Assembly (NCBI GenBank): GCA_043825735.1
Contig: JBDRRP010000009.1
Location: 1-64,000 of the forward strand
DNA: 64,000 nucleotides
Direction of reading: 5' to 3'
Source of the DNA: Pseudomonadota bacterium
GTDB lineage: Bacteria > Desulfobacterota > Desulfobacteria > Desulfobacterales > JBDRRP01
In this document: positions 1 to 10,343 of the stretch, piece by piece
How positions within the stretch are numbered: position 1 is the first letter of the stretch
Layout: each line of letters starts with the position of its first letter
Notes under the pieces: model-generated
What the model was told of the DNA's origin: nothing
Seen by the model: the letters and a program-made list of their open reading frames with translations, nothing else
The model's database searches: none
Made by a program: the position numbers and the translations under genes

Positions 1-1
1 G

Positions 2-364
2 CTGTTTCTATCCTTCGACCAGCAGGTGGCCGAGGGGTGGGGCGTGTGGATGCGGCTTGGCGCCCAGACCACCGATGCGGCCGTGAATTATGCCGACATC
101 TACACCGGGGGCGTCGACATCAAGGGGGGACTGTGGGGCCGCGCGCAGGACAACATCGGCCTTGGCTATGGCTACCTGAACGGTGGCAACAAAGGCATCA
201 AGAACGCGCAGGTCGGTGAGGCCTATGTGCGCGTTGCACTGAGCGAGCTGTTCGCGTTGACGCTTGACGTGCAATACCAGGACAACCGATTCGATGCCGG
301 CGCCGGCACCGGCGTCGACACCACCGGATGGACCTACGGCGCCCGGGGCGTTGTCGCATTTTGA
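2..364 (+). CDS. Carbohydrate-selective porin (OprB-like), C-terminal part; 5' end lies outside the window
   Basis: Frame is open from base 2 (LFLSFDQQVAEGWGVWMRLG...). Amphipathic beta-strands, 'GRAQDNIGLGY', 'EAYVR', 'LTLDVQY' and a terminal Phe typical of outer-membrane beta-barrels. Confidence 0.7.
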   Translation: MFLSFDQQVAEGWGVWMRLGAQTTDAAVNYADIYTGGVDIKGGLWGRAQDNIGLGYGYLNGGNKGIKNAQVGEAYVRVALSELFALTLDVQYQDNRFDAGAGTGVDTTGWTYGARGVVAF

Positions 365-399
365 TCAAATAGGCCAGCGACGGCGATGGTATTTAAAAG

Positions 400-515
400 A
401 TGAACTTCCAACATCGAACGTTGAACGCTGAACATCGAATGTAAAACCCAGAGACAGCCACCGGTTAGGCGTTTCGCCGTTCGTTTTTTCGTTCAGCATT
501 CGATGTCCGAAGTTA
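400..515. repeat. Inverted heptamer arms (AACATCG/AACGTTG/AACGCTG ... CATTCGATGT)
   Basis: 'aacatcgaacgttgaacgctgaacatcgaatg' near 410-441 and partly complementary 'gttcagcattcgatgtccgaagtt' near 491-514, between convergent genes. Confidence 0.55.
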
Positions 516-589
516 ACTTCTCTCTGCGGCCCCGTGCCATGACTGGGAGCATTTCAGCAGGACTCCGCCGGCAACATGCTCCGCGCCGT

Positions 590-1378
590 TTATTCGCCCG
601 TAAATCTTGCCTCCCGGCGTTCGATGAAGGCGGTGATGCCTTCCTGGACGTCGCGACTTTTCATGAGGGGCAGAAGATCGGGCAACAGCTGCTTGATGGC
701 GGCGATCTCGCCCTGGCGGCGGGCCAGGCGGGCGGATTTGAGGCTGGCCTGAACCCCGAGAGGGGCCTGGGCGGTGATGGTGCGGGCGATGGCCATGGCG
801 CTGTCGAATTGATTGCCGGGGGTGGTCAGTTTCTGGACCAGGCCGACACGATAGGCTTCTTCGGCCGATATCTCATCGGCGGTGAGCAGATAGCGCATGG
901 CATTGCCCCAGCCCACTTCCTGAAATAGCCGGATAGTGGCGCCGCCCACCGGATAGATGCCCCGCTTGATCTCGATCTGCCCGAAGCGGGTGCCGGCGGC
1001 GGCCACGCGAATGTCGGTGGCCAGCAGCAGCTCGATGCCGATGGTCAGGCAGATCCCCTGCACAGCCATGACCATGGGCTTGGAGAGCATTGCTTCGCTG
1101 TAGATCCCCAAGGGGTCGATGGCGCCCTCGGGCAGTTCTGGAAATCGACCCTCCCCTAAAGAGCCGGCCCACTGGGGCAGGTCGAGACCGGCGGTAAAGT
1201 GCTCTCCGTGAGCGTAGAGCACGCCGCACCAGAGGTCTGCATCGGCCTGCAGCCGGCCATAGGCGGCGGCCAGCTCCCGATACATCGCCACATCAAAGGC
1301 ATTTCGCTTGTCAGCGCGATTAAGGCCGATCATTAAGATGTGGCCGTCGATGTCCTGGGTGATTCGGGATTCGATCAT
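590..1378 (-). CDS. Enoyl-CoA hydratase/crotonase family protein
   Basis: 'LNRADKRNAF', 'FTAGLDL', 'KPMVMAVQG', 'FGQIEIKRGIYPVGGAT' and C-terminal 'EGITAFIERREARF'. Start reassigned to ATG at 1378 after GAGG. Confidence 0.9.
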   Translation of the reverse strand: MIESRITQDIDGHILMIGLNRADKRNAFDVAMYRELAAAYGRLQADADLWCGVLYAHGEHFTAGLDLPQWAGSLGEGRFPELPEGAIDPLGIYSEAMLSKPMVMAVQGICLTIGIELLLATDIRVAAAGTRFGQIEIKRGIYPVGGATIRLFQEVGWGNAMRYLLTADEISAEEAYRVGLVQKLTTPGNQFDSAMAIARTITAQAPLGVQASLKSARLARRQGEIAAIKQLLPDLLPLMKSRDVQEGITAFIERREARFTGE

Positions 1379-1512
1379 GGAAAACCTCGGTGAAAATGGT
1401 TGACGGTGCACGGTACGCAGCAACAGCCACTGCAAAGAGAATGAACCGCGGATTGCGCAGATTACACGGATAAAGGGCGGCCTTCCGCCGAAAAGCAACA
1501 GCAACTATTAAT

Positions 1513-1664
1513 TAGTGTCCATCCATAGAAAGCCTCTTGCTCCCTCCCTTGATGGGAGAGGGCCGGGGTGAGGGTGACAACCAACCGATAACAATAGATA
1601 ATCTTATACCGGCCGCCCTCTCCTCTATCTACTTTCGCCGGGGAGGATTTATGGATGGACACTA
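1513..1664. mobile_element. MITE family A copy (perfect 15-bp TIR TAGTGTCCATCCATA / TATGGATGGACACTA) carrying CCCTC..GGGAGAGGG palindromes
   Basis: Terminal inverted repeats read directly. Interior is similar to the reverse complement of 44073-44235. Confidence 0.75.
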
Positions 1665-1863
1665 AGCTAAGAGCCAACAGCAAAGCGTTGCCTGAAGGGC
1701 ACACACTCCCCGGTTTTCTCTGCGGCTTTGCGCCTCTGCGCGAGAAGGATTTTCACCTTTTTGTCTTTTAGAATTCATCAATCCGCCACAAAATACCGGC
1801 GGACAAATTCCTGTCTCATTTTATGCCGTATAGGCGCAATCCCGGAATTCCTAAATCCCTGAA

Positions 1864-4719
1864 TCATCGCCTTTTCTGTCCTCTGTCATCTGCCGTTCTG
1901 CCCTTAACCCCCTCCCACACCACCTCCACCGGGTGCTTGACCGGCAGCGCGCCCAGGTGGGCCATTTGCATCTCGCAGGTGGGGCAATCGGTGACGGCCC
2001 ACCGGGCCCCCGAAGCAGCGAGTCGTGAAATCATGGGTGCACCGATGGCGGTGCTCAGATCGTAGTTTTTGGCCGCAAGCCCCCAACTGCCTGCCATGCC
2101 GCAACAATGGCTTTTCAAATCGGTGACAGAGATTCCGGGAATCGCTGACAGCAGCGTCGTTGAACTGGCGGCGGCCGGCTGAATCTTCAGGTGACAGGGC
2201 TGGTGGTAGGCCACGGCGGTATCCGGACATGCCGCCGCCAGCCGCCGCCGGTAGCGGTTGATAAGATCGGAGATGTGGATGGTCTTTTTCGATACCTCAT
2301 CGATATCCACGCCCGTCGCCAGGTAGCCCCAATCGCTCATGAGTGCGTAGCCGCACGATGAGCAGGTCACCGCGATGTAATCGACCCGCGGCAGCAGGTG
2401 CTTCCAGGCTGCCAGATTGCCGTCGATTTTTTTCCGGGCGCCGGCGGCCATTCCCTTGGAGAGCTGCGGTAGGCCGCAGCAGTGCTGTGGCGGCAGCAGG
2501 ACGCTCATGCCCATGGCGCCAAGCACCCCCACGGCCGCTTCCCCGATTTCGGGCCGGATATATCCGGCATGGCACCCCGCATAGAACAGCACCGTGGGGG
2601 CGCCTGCGCACGATTCCGCCGGCAGTCGCTGAAATAGACTTCGCCGGTTGAAGCGCACCACCGCCCGCTGCGGCGCCAGACCGGTTGCCACCCCGGCGAG
2701 CCTTCTGAGAAACAACGGTTTGACCATCGGTGCCATGAGCGGGGCGATGGGGCCGAGCAGCCGCGCCGCGGTTTCCACATTCGCCGTCAGAATGTCCGGC
2801 AGGGTGCTGCCGAAGCGTTTCACATACTGGGCTCTGGCTTCCATGGCGAGCTTGGGGATGTTGACGTTGGAGGGGCATTCCTTGATGCAACTGCCGCAGT
2901 TGACGCAGCGATCCATGACGTACTGAAGATCGGACGAATACAGCGCGTCTTCAGTCACTGCGCCGCTGAGCAGTGCGCGCAGCAGGTTGGCCTTGGCCTT
3001 GGGGGCGGCAGCCTCGTCCCGGGTGAGCTTGTAGACCGGGCACATGCGGGTGGCCACGGTGACGGTGGTGCATTTGGAGCAGCCGTGGCATTTTTCCGCC
3101 TCGAGGGCAAAGCCTTCCGCCCAGTTGAGCGCTTTTCCCGGCAGTTCGCGGCTGCGGTAGGTCCCGCCATAGCGCAGGTGACGGGCCATCTGATCGGCCT
3201 CGCCGGCAGCCTTGATCTCGGGGTTGAATAGTCCCCGGGGGTCCAGCAGCCGTTTGGTTTCGATAAAAAAGTCGTAAATGGTCGGATACTTTCGGCGCAG
3301 ATAGGCGCTTCTCAGGCGGCCGTCACCGTGCTCTCCGCTCACGGTACCGCCCAGGCTGTCGACCAGCTCGTAGACCGCATCGGCGATGGGCCGCAGCTTG
3401 GCCACATCGGCCGGGTCCTTTAGATCCAGCAGCGGCCGCGTATGCATGAGCCCCTTGGCGATGTGGCCGTAGAGGACAAAGTCCACCCCGAGGCGTTCAA
3501 AAATTCCGTAGATTCCATTGAAATACTGCACCAAACGGTCCACCGGAACAGCGGCGTCCTCCACCAGGGCAAGGATCTTACGGCGCCCCTTGAGTTTGTA
3601 GAGAATCGGCACGGCCGCCTTTCGCACGGCCCAAAACGTTTCCTTTTCTTCAGCGGACACGGCCAGGTGGGCCTGGCGGACGAGGCCGGCAGCCTCGAGC
3701 TGGCGTTGAATCTGAGCAGCCGGCTGGGCGCACGCATCCGCCGACGGCCCGTCGAACTCGATCAAGAGCACGTTGTCCACCCCATCGGGGATCTGCTCCC
3801 GAAGCGCGGCGTTGCCGGTCCGGGCCATGGCCAGAAGGGACTTGTCCATGATCTCGATGCCCGAGGGCTTCAGGGGCATGGCCATCTGAACGGCCGTGGC
3901 CGCCTTGACGATGGTGTCGCAATAAGCCACCACCAGGCTGTCCGCAGCCGGCCGGGCCAGCAGGCGAAACCGCAAGCGCGTGACGATCCCCAGGGTGCCC
4001 TCGGCGCCGGCCAGCAGCCGGTGGAGTCGCAACCGGCCGCCATCCACCAGCCCCCTCAGATTGTAGCCCGCTACGTTGCAGGCAATGGGCGGGTAGGCCG
4101 ACTCGATGGCCGCAGCGTTGTCCCGATAGAGACCGGCCAAGGCCCCCAGGTTGAAAGGCAGACGATCCAGGGCTGTGCCGGCCACTTGATCGAGCATGTG
4201 GACGCTGCCATCTCCCATCACCACCTCGGCATCCAGGAGATAGTCGGCCACGTTGCCGTATTTTACCGAATGGGCGCCGCTGGCGTTGGTGGCGCACATG
4301 CCGCCGAAGGAGGCGTATTCGCCGCTGGAGGGATCCGGCGGAAAGAAGAGCCCTTTGCCCTTGAGTGCTTCTTCCAACTCGCCGAAGCGGTAACCCGGCT
4401 GGCACTCGAACCAGCCCTCGGCGGTGTCCAGACGCAGGAGCCGATTCATGAACTTGGAAAAATCGATGACCACCCCGTCGCCTACGGCAGCGCCGGCAAG
4501 ACCGCTGCCCGCGCCGCGGGGATGGATGGCAAGGCCGTGTTCAGCGGCAAAGCGCACCACGGCCTGCACGTCGGCCGTCGTGCGCGGATAGACGACGGCT
4601 GACGGCAGTTTGCTGAAGATGCTGGCATCGGTGGCGAGCATTTGTCGCCGGAACTTATCGGTGTGGATCTGCCCTTGCAACGTTGCCGCCAGATCGATGA
4701 AAGAATATCGTTTCGCCAT
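1864..4719 (-). CDS. FAD-binding/Fe-S oxidoreductase (GlcD/GlcF-like fusion, D-2-hydroxyacid dehydrogenase-like)
   Basis: FAD motif 'PRGAGSGLAG', 'GAEGTLG', 'SGEHGDG', 4Fe-4S motifs 'CHGCSKC' and 'CVNCGSCIKEC', and CCG domains ('HCCG' twice). Confidence 0.88.
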   Translation of the reverse strand: MAKRYSFIDLAATLQGQIHTDKFRRQMLATDASIFSKLPSAVVYPRTTADVQAVVRFAAEHGLAIHPRGAGSGLAGAAVGDGVVIDFSKFMNRLLRLDTAEGWFECQPGYRFGELEEALKGKGLFFPPDPSSGEYASFGGMCATNASGAHSVKYGNVADYLLDAEVVMGDGSVHMLDQVAGTALDRLPFNLGALAGLYRDNAAAIESAYPPIACNVAGYNLRGLVDGGRLRLHRLLAGAEGTLGIVTRLRFRLLARPAADSLVVAYCDTIVKAATAVQMAMPLKPSGIEIMDKSLLAMARTGNAALREQIPDGVDNVLLIEFDGPSADACAQPAAQIQRQLEAAGLVRQAHLAVSAEEKETFWAVRKAAVPILYKLKGRRKILALVEDAAVPVDRLVQYFNGIYGIFERLGVDFVLYGHIAKGLMHTRPLLDLKDPADVAKLRPIADAVYELVDSLGGTVSGEHGDGRLRSAYLRRKYPTIYDFFIETKRLLDPRGLFNPEIKAAGEADQMARHLRYGGTYRSRELPGKALNWAEGFALEAEKCHGCSKCTTVTVATRMCPVYKLTRDEAAAPKAKANLLRALLSGAVTEDALYSSDLQYVMDRCVNCGSCIKECPSNVNIPKLAMEARAQYVKRFGSTLPDILTANVETAARLLGPIAPLMAPMVKPLFLRRLAGVATGLAPQRAVVRFNRRSLFQRLPAESCAGAPTVLFYAGCHAGYIRPEIGEAAVGVLGAMGMSVLLPPQHCCGLPQLSKGMAAGARKKIDGNLAAWKHLLPRVDYIAVTCSSCGYALMSDWGYLATGVDIDEVSKKTIHISDLINRYRRRLAAACPDTAVAYHQPCHLKIQPAAASSTTLLSAIPGISVTDLKSHCCGMAGSWGLAAKNYDLSTAIGAPMISRLAASGARWAVTDCPTCEMQMAHLGALPVKHPVEVVWEGVKGRTADDRGQKRR

Positions 4720-4852
4720 CGCAGTCACTTACCTCGCATGCGCCCAAAATGCAAAACCGCCATGACAGTTATTGCCGGCACCGCTCGATTCCTATAGTAT
4801 GCGCCCGACATCAACCGCCAGCAAAAAGCGTTTTACAACCCCGAGGTTTATC

Positions 4853-5671
4853 ATGGAAAAGCTCATCATCACCGTCGCACCCACGGGGTCTCTTCCCCGA
4901 AAAAAAGACAATCCCCATGTTCCGATAACGCCGGAAGAAATCGTCGCCTGCGGTATCCGCTGTGAGGCGGCCGGCGCAGCGATCATCCATGTACACGTGC
5001 GCAACCTGGAAGATGAATCGCCCTCGACCGATTATGGACTGTTCAAAGAGGCCTGCGAGGGGCTGCGATCCGAAACACGGCTGATTGTCCAGATCTCCAC
5101 CGGTGGCAGGGCCGGCGTGGCCTATGAACAGCGCAGCGCGCGGCTTCGCCTGAAGCCCGAAATGGCAAGCCTCACGACCGGATCGGTGAATTTCCCCGAC
5201 AGTGTCTACGAAAACAGCCCGCAGTTGATCGCGGCCCTGGCAAAGGACATGCACGAGCTGGGCATCAAGCCTGAAATGGAAATTTTTGACGTGAGTATGG
5301 TCCAAAATGCGGTAACCCTCGCTGCTGCAGGGCTTGCCGCAGCACCGCTGCACTTTGACTTCGTGATGGGGCTCAAGGGCGCCATCCCCGCGACGATCGA
5401 AAACCTCGTGCATTTGAAATCCTGTATTCCTGCAGGGGCCACATGGACCGTGGCCGGCATCGGTCCCCACCAACTGCCAATGACCACGCTGGCCATCGTC
5501 ATGGGCGGCCACTGCCGCGTCGGCCTGGAAGACAATGTCTTCTACCGGAAAGGTGAGCCGGCATCCAACGAGCGCCTGGTCGAGCGCATGGTAAGGATCT
5601 CCGCCGAACTGGGCCGCGACATCGCATCTCCTGATGACGCCCGCCGGATCCTGCATCTTAACCGGAGCTGA
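4853..5671 (+). CDS. Beta-keto acid cleavage enzyme (BKACE/Kce family, DUF849)
   Basis: 'LIITVAPTG', 'VPITPEEI', Zn ligands 'HVHVR', 'STGG' and 'RVGLEDN'. GAGG RBS precedes the ATG. Confidence 0.92.
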   Translation: MEKLIITVAPTGSLPRKKDNPHVPITPEEIVACGIRCEAAGAAIIHVHVRNLEDESPSTDYGLFKEACEGLRSETRLIVQISTGGRAGVAYEQRSARLRLKPEMASLTTGSVNFPDSVYENSPQLIAALAKDMHELGIKPEMEIFDVSMVQNAVTLAAAGLAAAPLHFDFVMGLKGAIPATIENLVHLKSCIPAGATWTVAGIGPHQLPMTTLAIVMGGHCRVGLEDNVFYRKGEPASNERLVERMVRISAELGRDIASPDDARRILHLNRS

Positions 5672-5768
5672 AACGGCACAACGCGTTTATGATAGCGGCA
5701 TTTCCACTTGAAATGACCTCCTGCGTGTGGTTAGGTGGGCTTTCACCAACCGAAAAGCGTATTTCACG

Positions 5769-6554
5769 ATGCGAAATAGCGAAACGCCTCCGAGCAATAC
5801 CATTCAATCGGTGGTGAAAGCCGCAAACGTCATGGAAGCCTTGGCCGATGCCGGAAAACCGCTCAGCCTCAGCCAGATCGCCGAGGCGGTCGACATGGGA
5901 TTGCCAACGGCCTACCGATTCCTTCGAACCTTGGAGTTCCTGGAATGGGTCGAGCGTGTTCCGGACCTGAAACAGTATCGCATTGCGCCCCGGATCGTAC
6001 GGCTGGCCCACAGTTTCTTTGACACCTCAGATCTCTGGTCATTTGCTCACCAGCACCTGATCCAGGCCCGTCGGGAATATAATGAAACCTTCAACCTGGC
6101 GGTCCTGGACGGAACCGAGATCCTCTACATCGACCGGGTCAAGACCAAGAAGATTCTGGACATCAATCTTGAAATCGGATCAAAACTTCCGGCATTTTGC
6201 ACGTCCATGGGGCGCGTTCTGCTGGCCTCGTTGCCGCGGGCCAAAGCGCACCGACTCCTGGAGCGATCCGTCAGGACACCGTTTACCCGGCATACCGTCA
6301 CCGATACGACGCTCTTGATGAAAATACTCGATGATGTGAGAAGTCAGGGGTATGCCGTCAACCGCGGCGAGATGGCCCCCGAACTGATCAGCGTCGCGGC
6401 ACCGGTTCGAAATCATGACCGCCAGGTGGTCGCAGCGTTGAACCTGGCCGTGGACGCCGGCCACTACGAACCGCCGGAGGTTGAAACGAAACTGATTCCC
6501 GCAGTCATTTCAGTTGCCGAACGGATTTCAAAATCCTTGGGATTCCACCGGTAA
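5769..6554 (+). CDS. IclR family transcriptional regulator
   Basis: N-terminal HTH 'LSLSQIAEAVDMGLPTAYRFLRTL' and IclR C-domain 'GSKLPAFCTSMGRVLLA', 'SVAAPV'. Confidence 0.93.
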   Translation: MRNSETPPSNTIQSVVKAANVMEALADAGKPLSLSQIAEAVDMGLPTAYRFLRTLEFLEWVERVPDLKQYRIAPRIVRLAHSFFDTSDLWSFAHQHLIQARREYNETFNLAVLDGTEILYIDRVKTKKILDINLEIGSKLPAFCTSMGRVLLASLPRAKAHRLLERSVRTPFTRHTVTDTTLLMKILDDVRSQGYAVNRGEMAPELISVAAPVRNHDRQVVAALNLAVDAGHYEPPEVETKLIPAVISVAERISKSLGFHR

Positions 6555-6646
6555 AGCCAAGGGGGTGATAGCAACAACAGGTTGTATGCAAGCGTAGAAG
6601 CCGTTTTTCAACATGTAACGTTAAATAATTTGAAGGAGGTCAATCG

Positions 6647-7624
6647 ATGAAACGCACGAAAAAATTCTGGTTGCCGCTGGTACTCGTTCTGGTGCTGTGC
6701 ATGACAATGATCGTTCCCCAGGCCGGAGCCGCGCGGCGGTTCGTTTCCATCGCCGCCGGATGGGTCACCGGGGCGTACTTCCCGATGGCCGGCGCCATCT
6801 CCCGGATTGCCTACAAACACCTCGCGGAGGAAAACATCAAGGTCACCGCCGAGTCCTCCGGCGCCTCGGTTGCCAACGCTAAGCTCATCGGCGCCGGTGA
6901 CACGGACCTGGCCATTTTGCAAAACGACATCGCCTCCTATGCTTACGCCGGTAAGGCGGACATGTTCGACGGCCCGATCAAAAACCTGCTGGGCGTGTGC
7001 ACCCTGTTTCCCGAGCACGTGCAGCTTATCGCCCGCAAGGATTCCAAGATCAAGTCGCCGGGCGACCTGAAGGGAAAGAAAGTGGCCATCGGTCCCGTGG
7101 GATCGGGCACCGCTGAAAACGCCAAGCAGATTCTGGAAGCCTGGGGCCTCACGGTCGAAGACCTGGCCCGGGCAGAGCAGCTCACCGCCTCCCAATCGGC
7201 GGATTACATCAAGGACGGCCGCCTGGATGCGGCATTTTTCACTGTGGCAGTGGGCGCGGCCGTTATCATGGATACATCCCTGATCGTCGAGACCGATGTC
7301 GTGCCCATTGCCGGTAAAAATGTAGACAAACTCATCAAAGCCTACCCCTTCTATGCCAAGCAGATCGTTACGGGCGGCACTTATAAGGGCAACGACAAGG
7401 ATGTCGCCACGGTCTCGGTAATGGCCATGCTGGCGGCCCGGGCGGATCTGGAGGACGACATCGTCTACAAAATCATGAATGCGATGTATTCCGACCTGGA
7501 CCAGCTCAAGATGGCCCATGACAAGTTCAAGGACATCAAAATGGAAGACGGCCTGGTGGGCATGAGCATTCCGCTGCATCCCGGTGCGACGAAATACTTC
7601 AAGGAAAAAGGCGTCTTGAAGTAA
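6647..7624 (+). CDS. TAXI family TRAP transporter solute-binding protein
   Basis: Signal peptide, 'GAYFPMAGAI', 'SGASVAN', 'IGPVGSGT' and 'PLHPGATKYFKE'. AAGGAGG RBS. Confidence 0.93.
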   Translation: MKRTKKFWLPLVLVLVLCMTMIVPQAGAARRFVSIAAGWVTGAYFPMAGAISRIAYKHLAEENIKVTAESSGASVANAKLIGAGDTDLAILQNDIASYAYAGKADMFDGPIKNLLGVCTLFPEHVQLIARKDSKIKSPGDLKGKKVAIGPVGSGTAENAKQILEAWGLTVEDLARAEQLTASQSADYIKDGRLDAAFFTVAVGAAVIMDTSLIVETDVVPIAGKNVDKLIKAYPFYAKQIVTGGTYKGNDKDVATVSVMAMLAARADLEDDIVYKIMNAMYSDLDQLKMAHDKFKDIKMEDGLVGMSIPLHPGATKYFKEKGVLK

Positions 7625-7656
7625 TCGGCGCCACAGGCGAAACAAAGCACACGGTT

Positions 7657-7686
7657 GGGGGGCCGGCACTGGGTTGCCGGCTCCCC
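7657..7686 (+). other. Intergenic stem-loop between TAXI and permease genes (mRNA stabiliser or partial terminator)
   Basis: GGGGGGCCGGCA-ctgggt-TGCCGGCTCCCC hairpin. Confidence 0.5.
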
Positions 7687-7712
7687 GACTGAATTTTTCA
7701 TGGAGGTGGGAT

Positions 7713-9806
7713 TTGCCGAAAGAAGCGATTCAGGACACGGACGCCAGCAGGGAATTGGCCAGAGCCTCGGAGGGGGGCTCACGACTACTCGCCGGAAAAA
7801 CCGGCATGCTGATCAGCCTGATAGCGATTTCCATGTCGCTGTTTCAGCTTTACACCGGGTTTTTCGGTGAGCTGCCCGGCGCAAAACAGCTTTCCATTCA
7901 TCTGACCTTTGCCATGGTGTTGTGCTTTCTGTGTTTTCCGTTTTCCAAAAGATCATCGAAAGACCGGGTGTCGATTCCGGACGCAATTTTCGCGGTCATC
8001 GGGGGCGGCACCGCTTTATATCTATTCGTGAACTACGACCACGTGGTGCACTCGGTGGGCAATGCACCGCTCTATGACATCATTATCGGGGCCGTTCTCA
8101 TCGTGCTGATACTGGAGGCGACCCGCAGAAGCGTGTCACCGATTCTTCCGATCATCACCATCGTTTTTCTCCTGTATGCCTTTTTCGGCCCCTATCTCCC
8201 CGGCGATCTCGCCCACCGGGGCTTTCGCGTCAAGCGGATCATCGATCACATTTTCATGACCGGCCAGGGGCTGTGGGGCGTCCCTTTGCGGGTGTCGGCC
8301 ACCTTCGTTTTCCTGTTTGTTCTCTTCGGTTCCTTCCTTGAAAGGATCGGCGCGGGCGAATACCTGATCAACCTGTCCTTTGCGCTCATGGGACGTTTTC
8401 GGGGCGGACCGGCCAAGGCGGCCGTGGTGGCCTCCTGCGCCATGGGGTCCATCTCCGGATCCTCCATCGCCAATACCGTGACCACCGGGGCCATGACCAT
8501 TCCGCTGATGAAAAAGGTGGGGTTCAAGCCCCATGTGGCCGCCGCCGTCGAAGTGGCCGCCTCCACCAACGGGCAGCTCATGCCACCGATCATGGGTGCG
8601 GCGGCCTTCATTATGGCCGAGATCATCGGGGTGCCCTACATCAGCATCGTCAAGGCCGCATTCATTCCGGCAATTCTTTCCTATGCCGCCATTTTTTCCA
8701 TCGTCCATCTGGAGGCCGTAAAAGAAAACATCCGCGGACTGACCAAGGAAGAGTGCCCGCCGATGATCAAGACGCTGCTCTCGGGTCTCCACTACCTGAT
8801 CCCCCTGCTGGTGCTGATCTGGCTGCTGCTGGTGACCATGTGGACGCCCACGACCGCGGCGGCCTGGTCGATTCTGATCGCCTGCTCGGTCGCCGTCGGA
8901 AACAACGTCTACCGCGCCCGGTCTCAGTTTCCCCGGGTGCTTGCGGGAACAGCGGAGCTGACAGAGGATCCCAACGCGTTCGAAGACTATCGACAGCGCC
9001 CGCAGGGCTTCATCTGGCGAAGAATCAGCAGCGAGCTGTTGGGCGCACTGGAGACCGGCGCGCGCAACATGGCCGGCATCGCAGCGGCCTGCGCCTGCTG
9101 CGGCGTTATTATCGGCGTGGTGACCCTCACCGGTCTCGGCCTGAAAATGGCCACGCTGATCACGGAAGCGGCCGGCGGCAGTCTGCTGCTGACCCTCATT
9201 TTCTCCGTGTTTGCCTCCATCATTCTCGGGATGGGACTGCCGACGACGGCCACCTACATCATCATGGCATCCATGACCGCGCCGGCCATATTGACCATCA
9301 GCGCCACGCAAAACCTCGGCCTGCCCATCGTGGCCGTTCACCTTTTCGTGTTCTACTACGGCATCGTGGCCGACGATACGCCACCGGTGGGCCTTTGCGC
9401 CTATGCGGCCGCCGGCATCGCCGGCTCGGATCCGATCAAGACGGGCTGGAAGAGTTTCCGCCTGGATCTGGCGGCGTTCACCCTGCCGTTCATGTTCATC
9501 TACAACACCAAATTGTTGATGATCAACACGAACTGGATGGAGCTGGCGTACATCATCCCTATCAGTCTGCTCGGCATGTTCTGCTGGTCGGTGTTCATCC
9601 AGGGGCACTGGATCATCCGGACATATGTCTGGGAGCGGTTCGTTTTCCTGGGGCTGGCGTTTCTGCTCGTCAACCCCGGCCACCTGAGCCTCGGCGGCGT
9701 CCACATCAACCAGCACCTGGTCAATGGATTTGCAATCGCAACAATGGTGATGATTTTCCTGTGGCAGCGCGCGCGTCAACGGAAAACAGCGGCGCAACCG
9801 GCGTGA
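7713..9806 (+). CDS. TRAP transporter fused 4TM/12TM permease
   Basis: 'GGPAKAAVVAS', 'GQLMPPIMGAAAFIMAE', 'GMGLPTTATY' and 'DDTPPVGL'. TTG start after GGAGG. Confidence 0.93.
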   Translation: MPKEAIQDTDASRELARASEGGSRLLAGKTGMLISLIAISMSLFQLYTGFFGELPGAKQLSIHLTFAMVLCFLCFPFSKRSSKDRVSIPDAIFAVIGGGTALYLFVNYDHVVHSVGNAPLYDIIIGAVLIVLILEATRRSVSPILPIITIVFLLYAFFGPYLPGDLAHRGFRVKRIIDHIFMTGQGLWGVPLRVSATFVFLFVLFGSFLERIGAGEYLINLSFALMGRFRGGPAKAAVVASCAMGSISGSSIANTVTTGAMTIPLMKKVGFKPHVAAAVEVAASTNGQLMPPIMGAAAFIMAEIIGVPYISIVKAAFIPAILSYAAIFSIVHLEAVKENIRGLTKEECPPMIKTLLSGLHYLIPLLVLIWLLLVTMWTPTTAAAWSILIACSVAVGNNVYRARSQFPRVLAGTAELTEDPNAFEDYRQRPQGFIWRRISSELLGALETGARNMAGIAAACACCGVIIGVVTLTGLGLKMATLITEAAGGSLLLTLIFSVFASIILGMGLPTTATYIIMASMTAPAILTISATQNLGLPIVAVHLFVFYYGIVADDTPPVGLCAYAAAGIAGSDPIKTGWKSFRLDLAAFTLPFMFIYNTKLLMINTNWMELAYIIPISLLGMFCWSVFIQGHWIIRTYVWERFVFLGLAFLLVNPGHLSLGGVHINQHLVNGFAIATMVMIFLWQRARQRKTAAQPA

Positions 9807-10330
9807 TGCGAGGCCGCCTCTCGGCCGTCGCCGCCGCAGTGATTCTGGCGGTGGCCGCAGCCCTGCTGGTCTGGCCCATGGACGTGTTGACCGTCCGGGC
9901 GCTGCGCTTTACTTCGGGCGCCATGTCCGTTTTGCCGGTCACCTCCGGCAGCGACATCCGGATCCACTATCTGCACTCGGTGGAGCGCACACCGGTGGAA
10001 GGGCGGTTTGAAGTAAATGACGCTCAAGGACTGGTGGCGGTACAAACGCGGTTCACCTCGAATGGATCGGGACTGCCCAACACGGCAGCCGAGCGAATGC
10101 ACCGTGAAGGGGATTGGTTCGTTGTGGACGAGCAGCGGCGCCCGGTGCCCCCGCTGCGATTCTACCTGCAATCTGTGAACCGGACCCGGCTGAGCGTCGA
10201 CGGACGGGATGTGGACTTGTCCGCATTTCGCTCGGGCACGCTGCTGGGCATCCGGGTGGAACGGGTCGGCCGCTGGCGCTGGTGGCTCTGGCGGTGGGCC
10301 GGAAAAAAGTGGAATACTGAAGCATGGTGA
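9806..10330 (+). CDS. DUF1850-like protein (TAXI-TRAP accessory)
   Basis: TGATG coupling to the permease, N-terminal TM segment, 'YLHSVERTPVEGRF' and 'GSGLP' motifs. Usual position after TAXI-TRAP genes. Confidence 0.75.
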   Translation: MRGRLSAVAAAVILAVAAALLVWPMDVLTVRALRFTSGAMSVLPVTSGSDIRIHYLHSVERTPVEGRFEVNDAQGLVAVQTRFTSNGSGLPNTAAERMHREGDWFVVDEQRRPVPPLRFYLQSVNRTRLSVDGRDVDLSAFRSGTLLGIRVERVGRWRWWLWRWAGKKWNTEAW

Positions 10331-10343
10331 AGGAGTTCGAAGA

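Noticed and set aside
8753..9805. 525-aa ORF 8753-10330
   Set aside because: Only the part from ATG 9806 is protein-like (DUF1850). The rest overlaps the TRAP permease in another frame.
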